Positions 1 to 11,970 are shown, numbered from the stretch's first letter. The stretch: DNA of 64,000 nucleotides from Polyangiales bacterium (GCA_038231275.1 JBBRLQ010000036.1:8301-72300), one strand, 5' to 3'. Notes: generated by a model not told the origin, from the sequence alone. Translations and numbers: made by a program.

Positions 1-1592
1 GTGACGCTGATGTGGCCGGAGCCCGTCGGGCCGTCGCCGACCTTGGCGCACGCCGCCACGCTCACACCGCCGAGCGCCGCCGCGGCCGCGCCGCGATCGA
101 AGCCTTTGTCGGACGCGGCCGCCGGAGGAGGAGGGGGAGGATCGTTGTTGCCGGCCGCTTGCTTCAGCGCAGCGGCGAGCCCGCCGCCGCCGCCACCACC
201 GCCGCTCTTCGGCAAGTCGGGCGGAGGGGGAGGCGCCACGGCGCCGCCGCCACCACCACCACCACCACCACCACCGGTCTTGGCTGCTCCGCCACCACCG
301 CCGCCGCCACCGCCGCCACCACCGGCCTTCGGCGCTGCGGCCGCGGGTTTGTCGGTGGGAGAAGCTGCAGCTGCGCCGCCGCTCTTCGGATCGTTCATCG
401 CCATCGGCGCCGCGGTTCCGGCGCCCGTCGCGGCCGCGGTCGTCGTCGGATCGGCCGTGGGCGCCGCGGTCGCGGTGGGGATCGCCGTCGCTTGGACGGT
501 TGGCGCGTCGGGATGCCGCGTCACGAGAAAGACGATCGTGCCGAGCATGCCGAGGAACACGGCACCGATCACGCCGTACATGACGAGGTTCTTGTTCTTG
601 CCGCCGGACGGCGAGCCGTCGGCGAAGTCGCTGTGGTCGACCGGGGGCGGAGCCAGGATCGGCGCCGCGAGGGCCGCGCCGAACGCGCCGCCGCCGCCGA
701 GGTTCATGATGTCGTCGACGTGGGAATGCTTGTCGTCCTTCTTGTCGCTCATGTTCGCGCTGAGGGCGCGGATGTCGATGAGCCCGGAGCCGTCACCTTG
801 CGGCGCGGCGGCCGGCTTCTTCTCTTCGTTCGCGGTCAGCGCGGTGAGGGAGAAGAGGACGCTGTTCTCGTTGCGCTGGCCGGTGAGCTTTTGATCGCCC
901 TGCATCTCCGGCGTGCCGGCCGGGGCGCTCGTCATCACGTCGTCCTCGCCGCCGGCCGCCGAGGCGCCGCCGAAGAGATCGCCGCCGCCCGCTCGTCCGC
1001 CGACGCGGCGCGCGGCCACTGGAGCGGGCGCGGGCGACGGGGACGACGAGCCCCCGAAGAGCCCAGCGCTCACGCCGTTGCCGTTCTTGCCGTTGCCGTG
1101 GCTCGAGAGCGGGATCTGATCCGTCGCCGTCGCGTCGTCTTTCTCGTACGAAGGCGGCTCGGGGTTGCCGAGGCTGAGCGGCGCCTGGTCGGAGTACGCG
1201 AGCTCCGGAGCGAGCGAGGGGCGGTTCGTGCACGCCGCGTAGAGCTGCTCGATCTCGCGGAGCGGCAGCCAGTCCGGCATCCCGTCCTTCCAGCAGTAGG
1301 TCTCGTCGTTGCAGACGCCCGCGTGGTACTCGGCGACGATCTCCTGCATCGTCATGGTCCGCTGATCGCCGTCGGCGACGTTCACCGTCCACTGCTCGCC
1401 GGCACCTCCGCCCGCGGTGTAGTCGAAGACCGCGCCGTCCCCGCTCGCCCCGCTCCCGGACGCGGCTTGCTCGTTGCCGTTGATCACGATCGTCGCGCTG
1501 CACTTCTTGCAGCGGATTTTCACGATCTTGCCGAGGACCTTTTCGTCCGCGATCGTGTATTTGGCCTGACACGACTGGCAGGAGATCTTCAT
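1..1592 (-). CDS. GltJ/AgmX-like protein: zinc ribbon + GYF_2 + low-complexity linker + TM + TonB-C-like domain (3' end runs off window)
   Basis: Not in the ORF track because there is no stop in the window. Manual translation from ATG 1592 gives MKISCQSCQAKYTIADEKVLGKIVKIRCKKC (MJ0042-type ribbon), TYCWKDGMPDWLPLREI (GYF_2), TGQRNENSVLFSL, a TM helix, a Gly-rich tract and ...CAKVGDGPTGSGHISV. Frame checked at 1590, 897 and 3. Confidence 0.8.
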   Translation of the reverse strand, partial: MKISCQSCQAKYTIADEKVLGKIVKIRCKKCSATIVINGNEQAASGSGASGDGAVFDYTAGGGAGEQWTVNVADGDQRTMTMQEIVAEYHAGVCNDETYCWKDGMPDWLPLREIEQLYAACTNRPSLAPELAYSDQAPLSLGNPEPPSYEKDDATATDQIPLSSHGNGKNGNGVSAGLFGGSSSPSPAPAPVAARRVGGRAGGGDLFGGASAAGGEDDVMTSAPAGTPEMQGDQKLTGQRNENSVLFSLTALTANEEKKPAAAPQGDGSGLIDIRALSANMSDKKDDKHSHVDDIMNLGGGGAFGAALAAPILAPPPVDHSDFADGSPSGGKNKNLVMYGVIGAVFLGMLGTIVFLVTRHPDAPTVQATAIPTATAAPTADPTTTAAATGAGTAAPMAMNDPKSGGAAAASPTDKPAAAAPKAGGGGGGGGGGGGAAKTGGGGGGGGGGGAVAPPPPPDLPKSGGGGGGGGLAAALKQAAGNNDPPPPPPAAASDKGFDRGAAAAALGGVSVAACAKVGDGPTGSGHISV

Positions 1593-1676
1593 CGCGGGTC
1601 CTGTGCGCCAAAGGTGGCGTCGGCTTGGTGGCGGGCGCGGTCAGCGTCCATTTCAGCGTCTCCTCGACAAGTACAA

Positions 1677-1706
1677 ACTATAGCGGTCCGATTCCGTAGC
1701 GATCAA
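1677..1706 (-). promoter_or_regulatory. Putative sigma70-type promoter of the gltJ-like gene
   Basis: Minus strand reads TTGATC-N18-TATAGT about 85 bp upstream of ATG 1592. Confidence 0.4.
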
Positions 1707-1863
1707 GCAACCGTCCCAATGAGGTCGAACCAATGGCCGCGTTGGGCGTCCCGGCGGCTCCAGCCTTCGCGAGAGACATCCTGACGAAAGCGTTTGACGC
1801 GCGACCTCCGAACATCATGGGTACGGGCGGGGTAGTCTTTACGTCAGACGGAGCGCGACGCGA

Positions 1864-3459
1864 TTAGTTCAACAATACCAGCGCGGTCCCGTCCTTCCCA
1901 CAGAACCCTGAAGCCCCCTCGAATCGGTCGCCGCAGGTAGGGCAGATCTTCCCCTTGGCCGACACTGTCGCCGTAGCGGCGACCGCAGCGTACGGAAGGA
2001 GCTCTTCCTTGTCGGTCGGGCAGACCCTCACGCCGGGCTGGAATCCGCGACGGCACACCGGGCAGACGCCGCCGGCGGGGGCGAGCGCCGCGTCGTCGGT
2101 GTCGGCGAGTGGGACGAGGCGAGTCGCGTCCTGCGGACAGAAATTGCCGGCGGGGGGCGGGAACTCGCTCTTGCACGTCGGGCACAGCATCGTACCAACC
2201 GCGGCTTCTGCGACGCGCTTCACGCGGAGGATGCTCTCCTCGTGCGCTCTCTGCTGCGCCGCGTGGGCGCCCATCTTGGCGCGCCGGCGATCCTCGGCCT
2301 CGCGAACGAGCTCGGCGTGACGCTCCTCGGACTCTTTCTCGATCGCCTGCGCCTTCTTCGCGCGGCGCGAGTAGACGAGCGCGAGGATCCCGAGCACGAG
2401 CACCAGCGCGCCGACGATCGAGACGAAGATCGTCTTGCGCTTTCGCGCGCCGTCCTCGGCCTTCGCGTCGGCGCCACCGATGCTGCTCCCGGCGATCACC
2501 GCGGTCGCCGCCGCGTCGTTCTCGCCTGCGGCGTTGAGGCCCTGCTTCGAGAGCAAATCGTCGTAGCGCGCGGCCGAGGCGACCTCGACGATCACGTGCA
2601 CGCTCTTCTCCGCGGCGGTGGCGACGAGATCGGTGGTGCCCTCGAGAGCGCCGTCGTCGACGGTGACCTTGCCGTTCGGCTCGAGCTTGAGGCGGCGCGG
2701 CGCGTCGGGATCTCCGAGGGCCCACGCGGTCTGCGTCGGCGTCGGGCAGCCGCTGGCGTCGGTTACGAGGGCGCGGAACGCGAACGACTCGCCGGGCCGC
2801 ATCAGCTTGCGCGAGGGTCGCACCTCCAGGCGCGCGGGCTCACCTGGCGTGCACGCCTGACGCGGCGTTGGCGCGGGCGTCGGTGCGGGCGGCGGCGTCG
2901 TGGCGGACGGCGTCGTCGGCACTCCGTCTTTGGACACGAGGTCGAAGCCGCGCGAGCGCTTGACGTCGGCGATGCAGCGGCCTTCGTTGAGCGTGATCTC
3001 GTAGCGACCGGTCTCGATGACGTCGATGTGCGTGTCGCTCGTCGCCGCCACGAGCGTTTGCATGAGCGCGTGCCGCGGGTCGGCCGCCGGCGTCGAGCAG
3101 CGCGTGCGCCACGTCCGACCGTTCGCGTCGCGCGAGTGCGAGTCACGGGCGAGCGTCGGCAGCTGGTCGTAGCACTGGTTGGATTTGAAGACGCGCCCGC
3201 CGCCGACGATGGAGAGCTCGTCGCCTTCTTCGCGGATGCTGACGATGTCTCCGCCGCCGCTGTTTCCGCTGACGGGGGCCGGACCGCACCCGGGCAGCCA
3301 TTGCTGCACCGTGTACTCCTCGTGCAGTGCGGCCTGCTTCCACTTGCCATCGAACGGCGAGTCGCCGCGCGCCGTGGTCGCCCCCGTGGCCACCGCCGCG
3401 AGAACTAGGGCACCCGGGCCCAGCCGAGCGCCGCGAGAGAGCTTAATGAAGTGACTCAC
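1864..3459 (-). CDS. Single-pass membrane protein: signal peptide, extracytoplasmic beta/Ig-like region, TM, coiled coil, three C-terminal CxxC..C(P/G)xD zinc ribbons
   Basis: 531-aa ORF; TM IFVSIVGALVLVLGILALVY; CPTC..CPQD, CPVC..CPTD, CPTC..CGKD. Confidence 0.8.
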   Translation of the reverse strand: MSHFIKLSRGARLGPGALVLAAVATGATTARGDSPFDGKWKQAALHEEYTVQQWLPGCGPAPVSGNSGGGDIVSIREEGDELSIVGGGRVFKSNQCYDQLPTLARDSHSRDANGRTWRTRCSTPAADPRHALMQTLVAATSDTHIDVIETGRYEITLNEGRCIADVKRSRGFDLVSKDGVPTTPSATTPPPAPTPAPTPRQACTPGEPARLEVRPSRKLMRPGESFAFRALVTDASGCPTPTQTAWALGDPDAPRRLKLEPNGKVTVDDGALEGTTDLVATAAEKSVHVIVEVASAARYDDLLSKQGLNAAGENDAAATAVIAGSSIGGADAKAEDGARKRKTIFVSIVGALVLVLGILALVYSRRAKKAQAIEKESEERHAELVREAEDRRRAKMGAHAAQQRAHEESILRVKRVAEAAVGTMLCPTCKSEFPPPAGNFCPQDATRLVPLADTDDAALAPAGGVCPVCRRGFQPGVRVCPTDKEELLPYAAVAATATVSAKGKICPTCGDRFEGASGFCGKDGTALVLLN

Positions 3460-3537
3460 GTTGCATCCAAAAGCTTAACAGATGCTCTCCACGAATTGTC
3501 GCGAGTTTCCCTTGGTATGTTAGCGTTCGTGGTCGAG

Positions 3538-5478
<1,941 letters not shown>

Positions 5479-5506
5479 ACCACGGGTCGGCGCCGTCGCC
5501 GGGCCT

Positions 5507-6481
5507 TCAGCGAGACGCGCTGGCGCAGCGGAATCCGATGAGGACGCTGCGCCGCGACGCCACTTCGACCGCGCGCGTCGAGGCGACGTCGAGCGCGCCG
5601 ATCATCCAGCCGCCGCCGCGTGCGACGCGCATCTCGCCGGCGTCGCCCGCGTCGTCGACCCACTCGGCGACGTTGCCGAACATGTCGAGCGCTCCGCCCG
5701 GAGACGCTCCCGCCGGGAAGCTGCCGACGGGTGCGGTGGTCGGGAAGCCGTCGTCTCCCTCGTAGAGTGCCTTCACGTCGACGTGGCTCTTCTTTCCCCA
5801 GTCGACGCACTCGTCGCCGCAGCCGTTGAGCAGGCGAGCGGTCGGTGCCGCCGCGCCCCACGGCGCCCGCGCCGTCGCACCGGATGCGCCGAAGGCCGCG
5901 CGCACCCACTCGCCCTCGGTCGGGAGGCGCTTGCCGCGCGCCTTGCAGAAATCGACCGCGAGGTCCCAGTCGACGCAGTTCACGGGGTGCTTCGCGCGGG
6001 CCTCGGGGGCGCGGGCGGTGCAGAGCGGATCGATCACGTCGCGCGCCTCTTGCGCGACGGTCGGGCCCTCGGTGCGTTGGCCGGCCGGCCGGCACACCTG
6101 CGCCTCCACGCACGGTCGGTACGCGTCGACCGTCACCTCCATGCGATCAATGCAGAATGCACGCAACGGCGGCGCCGCGACGATCATGGCCATCCCTTCC
6201 GGACACGAAGGCACCCGCGGAGGCGGCGCCGCGGCGCTCGAGGACGCTCGCGTGGCCACGGTGGCTTTTTGCGTGCGCGCGTTCCAGAGCGCGAGCGTCG
6301 TCGACGTCACGAGGGCCATCGCGATGAGTGACGCCCCGACTGCGAAGCGCCGCGTGAGCCCTCGCTTCGGAGCGATGGGAGCCGGATCGGGCGCGGTCGG
6401 CGCTACGGCGCGACGCGCGGCGTCTCCTTCGTCGGGCGACGACGGGGCTTCGACGACGACGCGCCGCGGCTCGTCGCTCAC
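5507..6481 (-). CDS. FGE-sulfatase (SUMF1/EgtB/PvdO, C-type-lectin fold) domain membrane protein
   Basis: GTG 6481 overlaps upstream TGA (GTGA); N-terminal TM; HPVNCVDW, RLPTEGEW, DMFGNVAEW, RGGGW, IGFRCA. Confidence 0.85.
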   Translation of the reverse strand: MSDEPRRVVVEAPSSPDEGDAARRAVAPTAPDPAPIAPKRGLTRRFAVGASLIAMALVTSTTLALWNARTQKATVATRASSSAAAPPPRVPSCPEGMAMIVAAPPLRAFCIDRMEVTVDAYRPCVEAQVCRPAGQRTEGPTVAQEARDVIDPLCTARAPEARAKHPVNCVDWDLAVDFCKARGKRLPTEGEWVRAAFGASGATARAPWGAAAPTARLLNGCGDECVDWGKKSHVDVKALYEGDDGFPTTAPVGSFPAGASPGGALDMFGNVAEWVDDAGDAGEMRVARGGGWMIGALDVASTRAVEVASRRSVLIGFRCASASR

Positions 6482-8609
6482 GGTCCACCCGCGCCCATCG
6501 TCGACGCGCATCGGAAGCCGATGCCGTGGCTGCGCTTGTTCTCGGCGTCGTGGTAGCGGAAGGTCGGTCGCACCCACGCCGCCATCGCGGCGTTCCACGC
6601 GCCTCCACGGATGACGCGCTCCTTGCCGCCCTCGGGTCCGGTCGGATCGGTGCGCTCGTCGGCGGTGTACGGCGCGTACCGATCGGCGACCCACTCCCAG
6701 ACGTTGCCGACGACGTCTTGCACGCCGTAGCGCGATTTGCCGGCCGGAAACGATCCGACGGGCGCCGTCGTCGGAAAGCCGTCGTCGTCGGCGTACATGC
6801 CCTTGCCGAGGCCGGTGGGATCGATGTGGTTCCTCTTCCCCCAGTCGACGCACTCCTTGCCGCACGCGTTGAGGAAGCTCGCGCTGGGCAGCTCGTCGCC
6901 CCACGGGTATTTGCGGCCGTCGGGGCCGCGCGCGGCATACTCCCACTCCGCCTCGGTCGGCAGGCGCATCGCGCGGGAGCGGCAAAACGTGTCGGCCATG
7001 GCCCACGTCACGCAATTAATCGGATGCTTCGCGCGGTCCTCGGGAGCGCGCGCGTTGCACAGAGGATCGAAGGCGCGTCGCTCGGCCGCGGTGATGCCGT
7101 CCCATTCATTCGTCTGGCCCGCCCCCGGCACCGTCCCGGCCTCGCTCGCCGCGACATACTCTTGAACGGTCGCCTCGAACGCGTCCATGCACGTCGGTTT
7201 CGTCAGCACGACACGGTGAGCCGGCCGCTCGAACTCGAAGTCCTCGCGATCGTCCGAGCCCATGAAGAAGGCGCCCGGCGGGATGAGGAGTGAGCCCTTC
7301 GGACACGCGGGCGCGATCGGCGCCGAGGGAGGCGGCAGAATCGGCGCGACGGAGGCGCTCGGCACGGGTGTCACGGGTGCTGGTGCGCGCGCGAAAAAGA
7401 CGAAGGCCGCGCCGCCTCCCACGAGCAGCACGGCCGCCAGCGTGGCCGCGACGATCGCCGAGCCGCCGTGTGACACCGCGCGCGCGACCGGCGCTGCGAC
7501 GAGCGCGCTCGGGGGAGCCGACGCGACGTGCACCTCACGCGGCGGCGGCGGGGTCGGCGGGATCGGCCTCAGCGCCATCGGCTCCACCGGGATCGGCGCC
7601 GCCGGGGCGTTTACCGGCCGCCCGCCGGCCGACACCGCCGCGCGCGTTCCGCTTGCGGAGCGCCGCGGCACCGGTCCGGCATACATCGCGCCGCGGAGCT
7701 CGTTCCACAGCTCCCCCATCGTCTGGAACCGCTCTTGCGGCGAGACGGCGAGCGCCTTGCGGAACACCGCTTCGACCGCGTCGCTCACCGCCGCGCCGAG
7801 CGTGCGCGGGGTCGGCTCACTTGCTTGTCGGTCGACGCGTATCCGCTCTGCGTGATCGAGCCCGCGGGGAGCGCTTCGCGTGCGGTCAGCGCCTCTCCTA
7901 GGATGAGCGCCATCGCGAAGACATCGGTCCACGGACCGGTAGGACCATGCGCGCGCGAGAACTGCTCCGGCGCCCCGTACGACGGCGTGAACGACGCCGG
8001 CGCGCCACTCTTGTCGAACGCGCTCGCCATCTTCTGCGCGTCCTGGATGACCTTCGCGATGCCGAAATCCAAGAGCTTCACCGGGCAGGCGGGGCTCCGC
8101 GGATCGCCGAGGACGAAGACATTCGCCGGCTTGACGTCGCGGTGCGCGATCCCTCTGCGGTGCGCCAGCGCGAGGGCCGCCGCGATCGGCTCCAGGAGAT
8201 CCACGATCTGCTCGAGGGTGCGGGGCGGCATCGATCGCATCTGCTCGCTTTCGAGCACCGCCGTGAGCGTGCGCCCCTCGAGCCACTCGAGCACGAGGTA
8301 CGGAGCGTTCATGCCGGCGCGCGTAGTCAGCGTCCCGACGTCGCGCGCCTGGCAGATCGCCGCGCTACGCTCCGAGAGCTCGGCGAGCAGCGTCCCTTCC
8401 TGGATGAACGCCTCGAGGAGCCGCGCGCGCTCGGCCGCCGAGAAGCTCGCGAGCCCCTTGAACACCTTGATCGCGACGGGGCGCTTCCAGATCAGATGCG
8501 CGGCCTTGTAAACGATCGCGTACGCCCCTTTGCCGACGACGCGCTCGATCGTGTATTTGCCCGCGATCGTCGCACCGACGAGGTCGAGCGGATCGCTCTG
8601 CGCCGTCAC
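6478..8609 (-). CDS. Ser/Thr protein kinase-TM-FGE-sulfatase fusion, interrupted by a 1-nt frameshift at ~7816
   Basis: Kinase motifs GKGAYAIVY, VAIK, HRDVKPAN, DFG, APE lie in ORF 7785-8609. The continuation PTPRTLG..RFQTM, TM, RLPTEAEWE, GNVWEW, GFRCA lies in ORF 6478-8286. The junction GTG AG CCG ACC lacks one base. Confidence 0.85.
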
Positions 8610-8619
8610 GACGCGATCC

Positions 8620-10191
8620 CTAGCGGCCCTTCAAGAAATCCAGGCAGGCGCGGTCTTTGAGGCCCTCGCAGGCGGCCTTCAAGAGGCGCACGTCCTCGGA
8701 GCTTCCGCGCCCGCCGGCGACGACCGGCATGAGCAGGCTCTTCGTGAGGCTCGGGTTGGTCAGGAGCGCGTCGCGCGCTTGTTCGGTCGTGCTGCGCCCC
8801 GGCGGCTTCGGCGGCGTCGGGACCGGCGGCGGCGTCGTGTCGACGGTCGGCGGCGGCGGCGTGGGCACCGGCCGGCGCACGGTGTTCGGCGGCGGCGGCA
8901 CCGGATCGGGCCGCTGCGTGCCCGGCGGCAGCGGGACGCTCGGGACGGTCACCACCGGCGAAGACGCGGTGGGCGTCGTCGACGGCTTGTCGAGGGCGGC
9001 GATCGCGTCGCTGGCGTGGATGCGAAGCGCGTGATCGGCGCGCAAGAGGCCGTCGGTGGCGACGCGGCTCAAGATCGTTCGCTTGGCCGACGGGTCCGTC
9101 TCGTGATCGGCGCGCGTGATCTGATCCTGCGCCCAGCGCGCCTCGGTCGCCACGAAGTCCGCCGACTGGCGCATCGTGTCGGTCGTGATCTCCGTCGCGA
9201 GCTTGGTGTGCGCACCTTCGAAGTCGCCCTTGTCCGCCAGCGCGCGCGCGGCGTCGAGCACCGTCTGGTCTTTGGACATCGGAGAGTCGCCGGTGATCGG
9301 CGGGTTCGGGATCGCCGGCGGCTTCTTGAGGAGCATCATGTATGCGGCGGCGATGACGACGCCCGCGAGCACGACGCCGAGGAGCCCCATCAAAAGCACG
9401 TTCGAGCGCCGCGCCGATTTCGGCGGCACCGCGCGATCGCCGATCGCCGCGAGCTGCTGGCTGTCGTTCACGCCCGGCAGGAAGATCTGGCCGGCGCCGA
9501 CGAATTTGAACTTCACGTCGCCGAGCTCGATGATGTCCCCCGCCTCGACGATGCCGCGCTTCAGCTCCGCGGAGTTGACGCGAACTCCGTTCGACGAGCC
9601 CTTGTCGACGATTTCGTAGCGGGCCTCGCCGAGCAGGTGGATCTCGCAGTGGAGTCGAGACACCGAGTTGTGGTTGACGCTGATCGTCGCGTCCTCGGCG
9701 CGGCCGACGGTGAGCCGCTCGCGATCAAGAGGATATTCGGCGCCCGGCGTCGGGCCGGCGAGCATGACGAGGCGGTTCGGCCGCTCCATCAGCGTGACGC
9801 CGCGGTTGGGCAGGCTCGCGGGGATCGTCGTCTTCGAGTCCGCGCTGATCGACGGCACGGCGGTCGGTGCTTCGACGACCTGGTCGTCTTGCAGGACCAT
9901 TCGGTAGTCGCCGATCTGGATCAGATCGCCGTGAATCAACTCCTGCGCGTTCGCGACGCGCAGGCCGTTCACGTAGACGCCGTTGTAGCTCGTGAGATCT
10001 TCGAGCGCGTACGACGTCACCGTACCGGCGCCGTTGGGCTTTTTCCGGTGCAGCTTCGCGTGCTCGCGCGAGACGTTTCGCTCGGTGAGGCGGATGGTGT
10101 TCCCCTCTTTGCGCCCGATGGAGTAATCGTCGCGCGTGAGCGGGACCACGGTCCGCTTACCTTCGTCGTCCTCGATGACCAGCTTCCACAT
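8620..10191 (-). CDS. Double-FHA-domain membrane protein
   Basis: IGRKEGN..VSREH..SYNG and VGRAED..VSRLH..SSNG FHA motifs; TM; Pro-rich C-terminus. Confidence 0.9.
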   Translation of the reverse strand: MWKLVIEDDEGKRTVVPLTRDDYSIGRKEGNTIRLTERNVSREHAKLHRKKPNGAGTVTSYALEDLTSYNGVYVNGLRVANAQELIHGDLIQIGDYRMVLQDDQVVEAPTAVPSISADSKTTIPASLPNRGVTLMERPNRLVMLAGPTPGAEYPLDRERLTVGRAEDATISVNHNSVSRLHCEIHLLGEARYEIVDKGSSNGVRVNSAELKRGIVEAGDIIELGDVKFKFVGAGQIFLPGVNDSQQLAAIGDRAVPPKSARRSNVLLMGLLGVVLAGVVIAAAYMMLLKKPPAIPNPPITGDSPMSKDQTVLDAARALADKGDFEGAHTKLATEITTDTMRQSADFVATEARWAQDQITRADHETDPSAKRTILSRVATDGLLRADHALRIHASDAIAALDKPSTTPTASSPVVTVPSVPLPPGTQRPDPVPPPPNTVRRPVPTPPPPTVDTTPPPVPTPPKPPGRSTTEQARDALLTNPSLTKSLLMPVVAGGRGSSEDVRLLKAACEGLKDRACLDFLKGR

Positions 10192-10315
10192 AACGTCTTG
10201 CGTGCGCTCGCCTTCCGGGACAATAGCGAAAATCGTGAGCGAGAACGGCGGTACAAGCCGCGCCAGGGAGTATCCCGAAGGCGCCGGGAGGAAGTCTACC
10301 GACCTCCTCTGTCCA

Positions 10316-10693
10316 ATGGCAACGGCCTACGTGTATGCGCTTTGGTTCTCGCTCTTCCTCGTGGTCATTCTGGTGAGCGGGGGTGGCATCGGGTGCGCAA
10401 GCACTTGGAAGGGGTCGGTGGGGGCGGTTCTGGGGAAAGACAACCGAACGGGCCGAGTATTTGTGCGGGATGCGCCTTCCGGCATGCCCGCCGACCGGGC
10501 CGGAATTCGGGTCGACGACGAGATCACAGCCATCGACGGGACCCCCGTCCAGAAAATGAGCCCCCAGGACCTGCACGAAAAATTAATCGGCGACGTGGGC
10601 TCCAAGGTGAAGCTCACCGTCCAACATCCGGGTGATCCGTCCCGGGAGGTCGTCGTCGAGCGAGGTCCCTTGCGAGGTGAGGAGCGCCGATGA
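10316..10693 (+). CDS. Small PDZ-domain (lipo)protein
   Basis: Hydrophobic N-terminus ending GIGC; GSVGAVL, PADRAGIRVDDEITAIDG; start uncertain. Confidence 0.75.
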   Translation: MATAYVYALWFSLFLVVILVSGGGIGCASTWKGSVGAVLGKDNRTGRVFVRDAPSGMPADRAGIRVDDEITAIDGTPVQKMSPQDLHEKLIGDVGSKVKLTVQHPGDPSREVVVERGPLRGEERR

Positions 10694-11384
10694 ACGACGG
10701 ACCGCACTGCGCGCATTTCTTGTATCTGCATGGATTCGCGTCGGGCCCCGATTCGAGCAAGGGGCGCGCGGTGGCCGGGCATTTCGCCGCGCGCGGGGTC
10801 GAGGTGAAGCGGCTCGATCTCCGGCGCCCGTCGATGGAGCACCTGCGGCTGTCGGCGATGATCGCCCACGTCACCGCAGAAATAGGCGGTCCCCGTGATC
10901 GCGCCGTGCTCTTCGGATCGTCGCTCGGCGGGCTCACCGCCGCACGCGTGGCGGAGCGTGATCCTCGTGTGGCGGCGCTCGTTCTGCTCGCCCCCGCGTT
11001 CCGGATGATCGATCGCTGGCGGCAGCGCATCGGCGAAGAGGCGTGGAAGGAGTGGGAGCGCGGCGGCTGGCACGAGACCAAGGACTGGGCGAAGGGGGAA
11101 TGGCGCGCGTCGATTTCGGCTTCGCAGAGGACGTCGCGGCGGTCGATGGGCCGGCGAATGGCACGGAGGCCTGGCCGGACGTTCGTGTTCCGACGCTCAT
11201 CGTCCACGGCATCGGGGACGACGTGGTGCCGATCGAGCACTCGCGCGCTTGGGCGCTCGGGAAACCTCATGTCCGCCTCGTCGAGGTCCGCGACGGCCAC
11301 GAGCTCGGCGCGTCGATCGACCTCATTAATCGCCTTTCAGTCGAGCACTTGCGCGGATTCGTCGGCGGCGAGGTTGACGCGTGA
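10690..11384 (+). CDS. YqiA/YcfP-like alpha/beta hydrolase (esterase), frameshifted in G5 run at 11094-11098
   Basis: YLHGFASGP and GSSLGG are in the first frame; PTLIVHGIGDDVVP and DGHEL (Asp, His) are in the frame of ORF 11043-11384. Confidence 0.85.
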
Positions 11385-11417
11385 CACATTCAAACTTATG
11401 TATCACGACGTGACACA
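11374..11417 (+). promoter_or_regulatory. Putative promoter overlapped by palindromic operator
   Basis: TTGACG-N17-TATGTA; inverted repeat GTGACACAT-N8-ATGTATCAC (11381-11406); second GTGACACA at 11410-11417. Confidence 0.5.
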
Positions 11418-11892
11418 GGCAAGCGAAGACCCCCCCGGCAAGGACAGCGCGGACGCCCCGGGCCCGAGCGCCGAGGCCGACGGGAAGAAGGAGCGGGTGC
11501 TTCACACGCGCGTCCCTGTTGTCCTCGAGCGCGAGCTCAAACGCTTCGCCGAGAACCTCCGCGTTCCGGTGTCGAATCTGGTCCGCACCATTCTCGAGGA
11601 CGCGCTCGACGTGGCCGACGCCGCGAGCGAATCGGTCGAGGATCGGTTGAAGCGCGCGGCGGACGGCCTCGAGGCGCAGCGCGAGCGCCTGAAGAAGAAG
11701 ATGCACTCCGATCCGCTGGGCCACGTCTTCGCGTACCAAGCCATCACGCTCGCCCAGCGGGCGGTCTGCGCGCGATGCCGGCGCGACATGGAGCCCGGCG
11801 AGCACGCCCACCTCGGCCTCACCGACGATCCCGGCCCGCGCGGCCGCCCGCAGCGAATCTTCGTCTGCGACGAGTGCGTCCCCCGCAAGTAG
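11398..11892 (+). CDS. Ribbon-helix-helix-like DNA-binding protein with C-terminal Cys4 zinc finger
   Basis: VLHTRVPVVLERELKRFAENLRVPVSNLVRTILEDAL; CARC...CDEC; start ATG 11398 or GTG 11410. Confidence 0.7.
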   Translation: MYHDVTQASEDPPGKDSADAPGPSAEADGKKERVLHTRVPVVLERELKRFAENLRVPVSNLVRTILEDALDVADAASESVEDRLKRAADGLEAQRERLKKKMHSDPLGHVFAYQAITLAQRAVCARCRRDMEPGEHAHLGLTDDPGPRGRPQRIFVCDECVPRK

Positions 11893-11970
11893 CGACCGAT
11901 TTCACCACGCCACCACGAGAAGTGAACCACCCGCGGCACGAGACGCCGCGGCCCACAGGAGGACTGCGTC

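Noticed and set aside
1..894. Plus-strand poly-proline (formin-like) ORF
   Set aside because: Antisense shadow of the Gly-rich minus-strand GltJ-like gene
5507..7300. Diversity-generating retroelement (two similar CLec/FGE-fold regions as TR/VR)
   Set aside because: In the stretch I compared, differences are mainly synonymous third positions rather than adenine-specific. Both copies are coding, and there is no reverse transcriptase in the window.
10690..11892. 400-aa hydrolase-RHH fusion protein from the ORF track
   Set aside because: The middle part is off-frame, and the hydrolase Asp/His lie in another frame. It is explained by the G-run frameshift.
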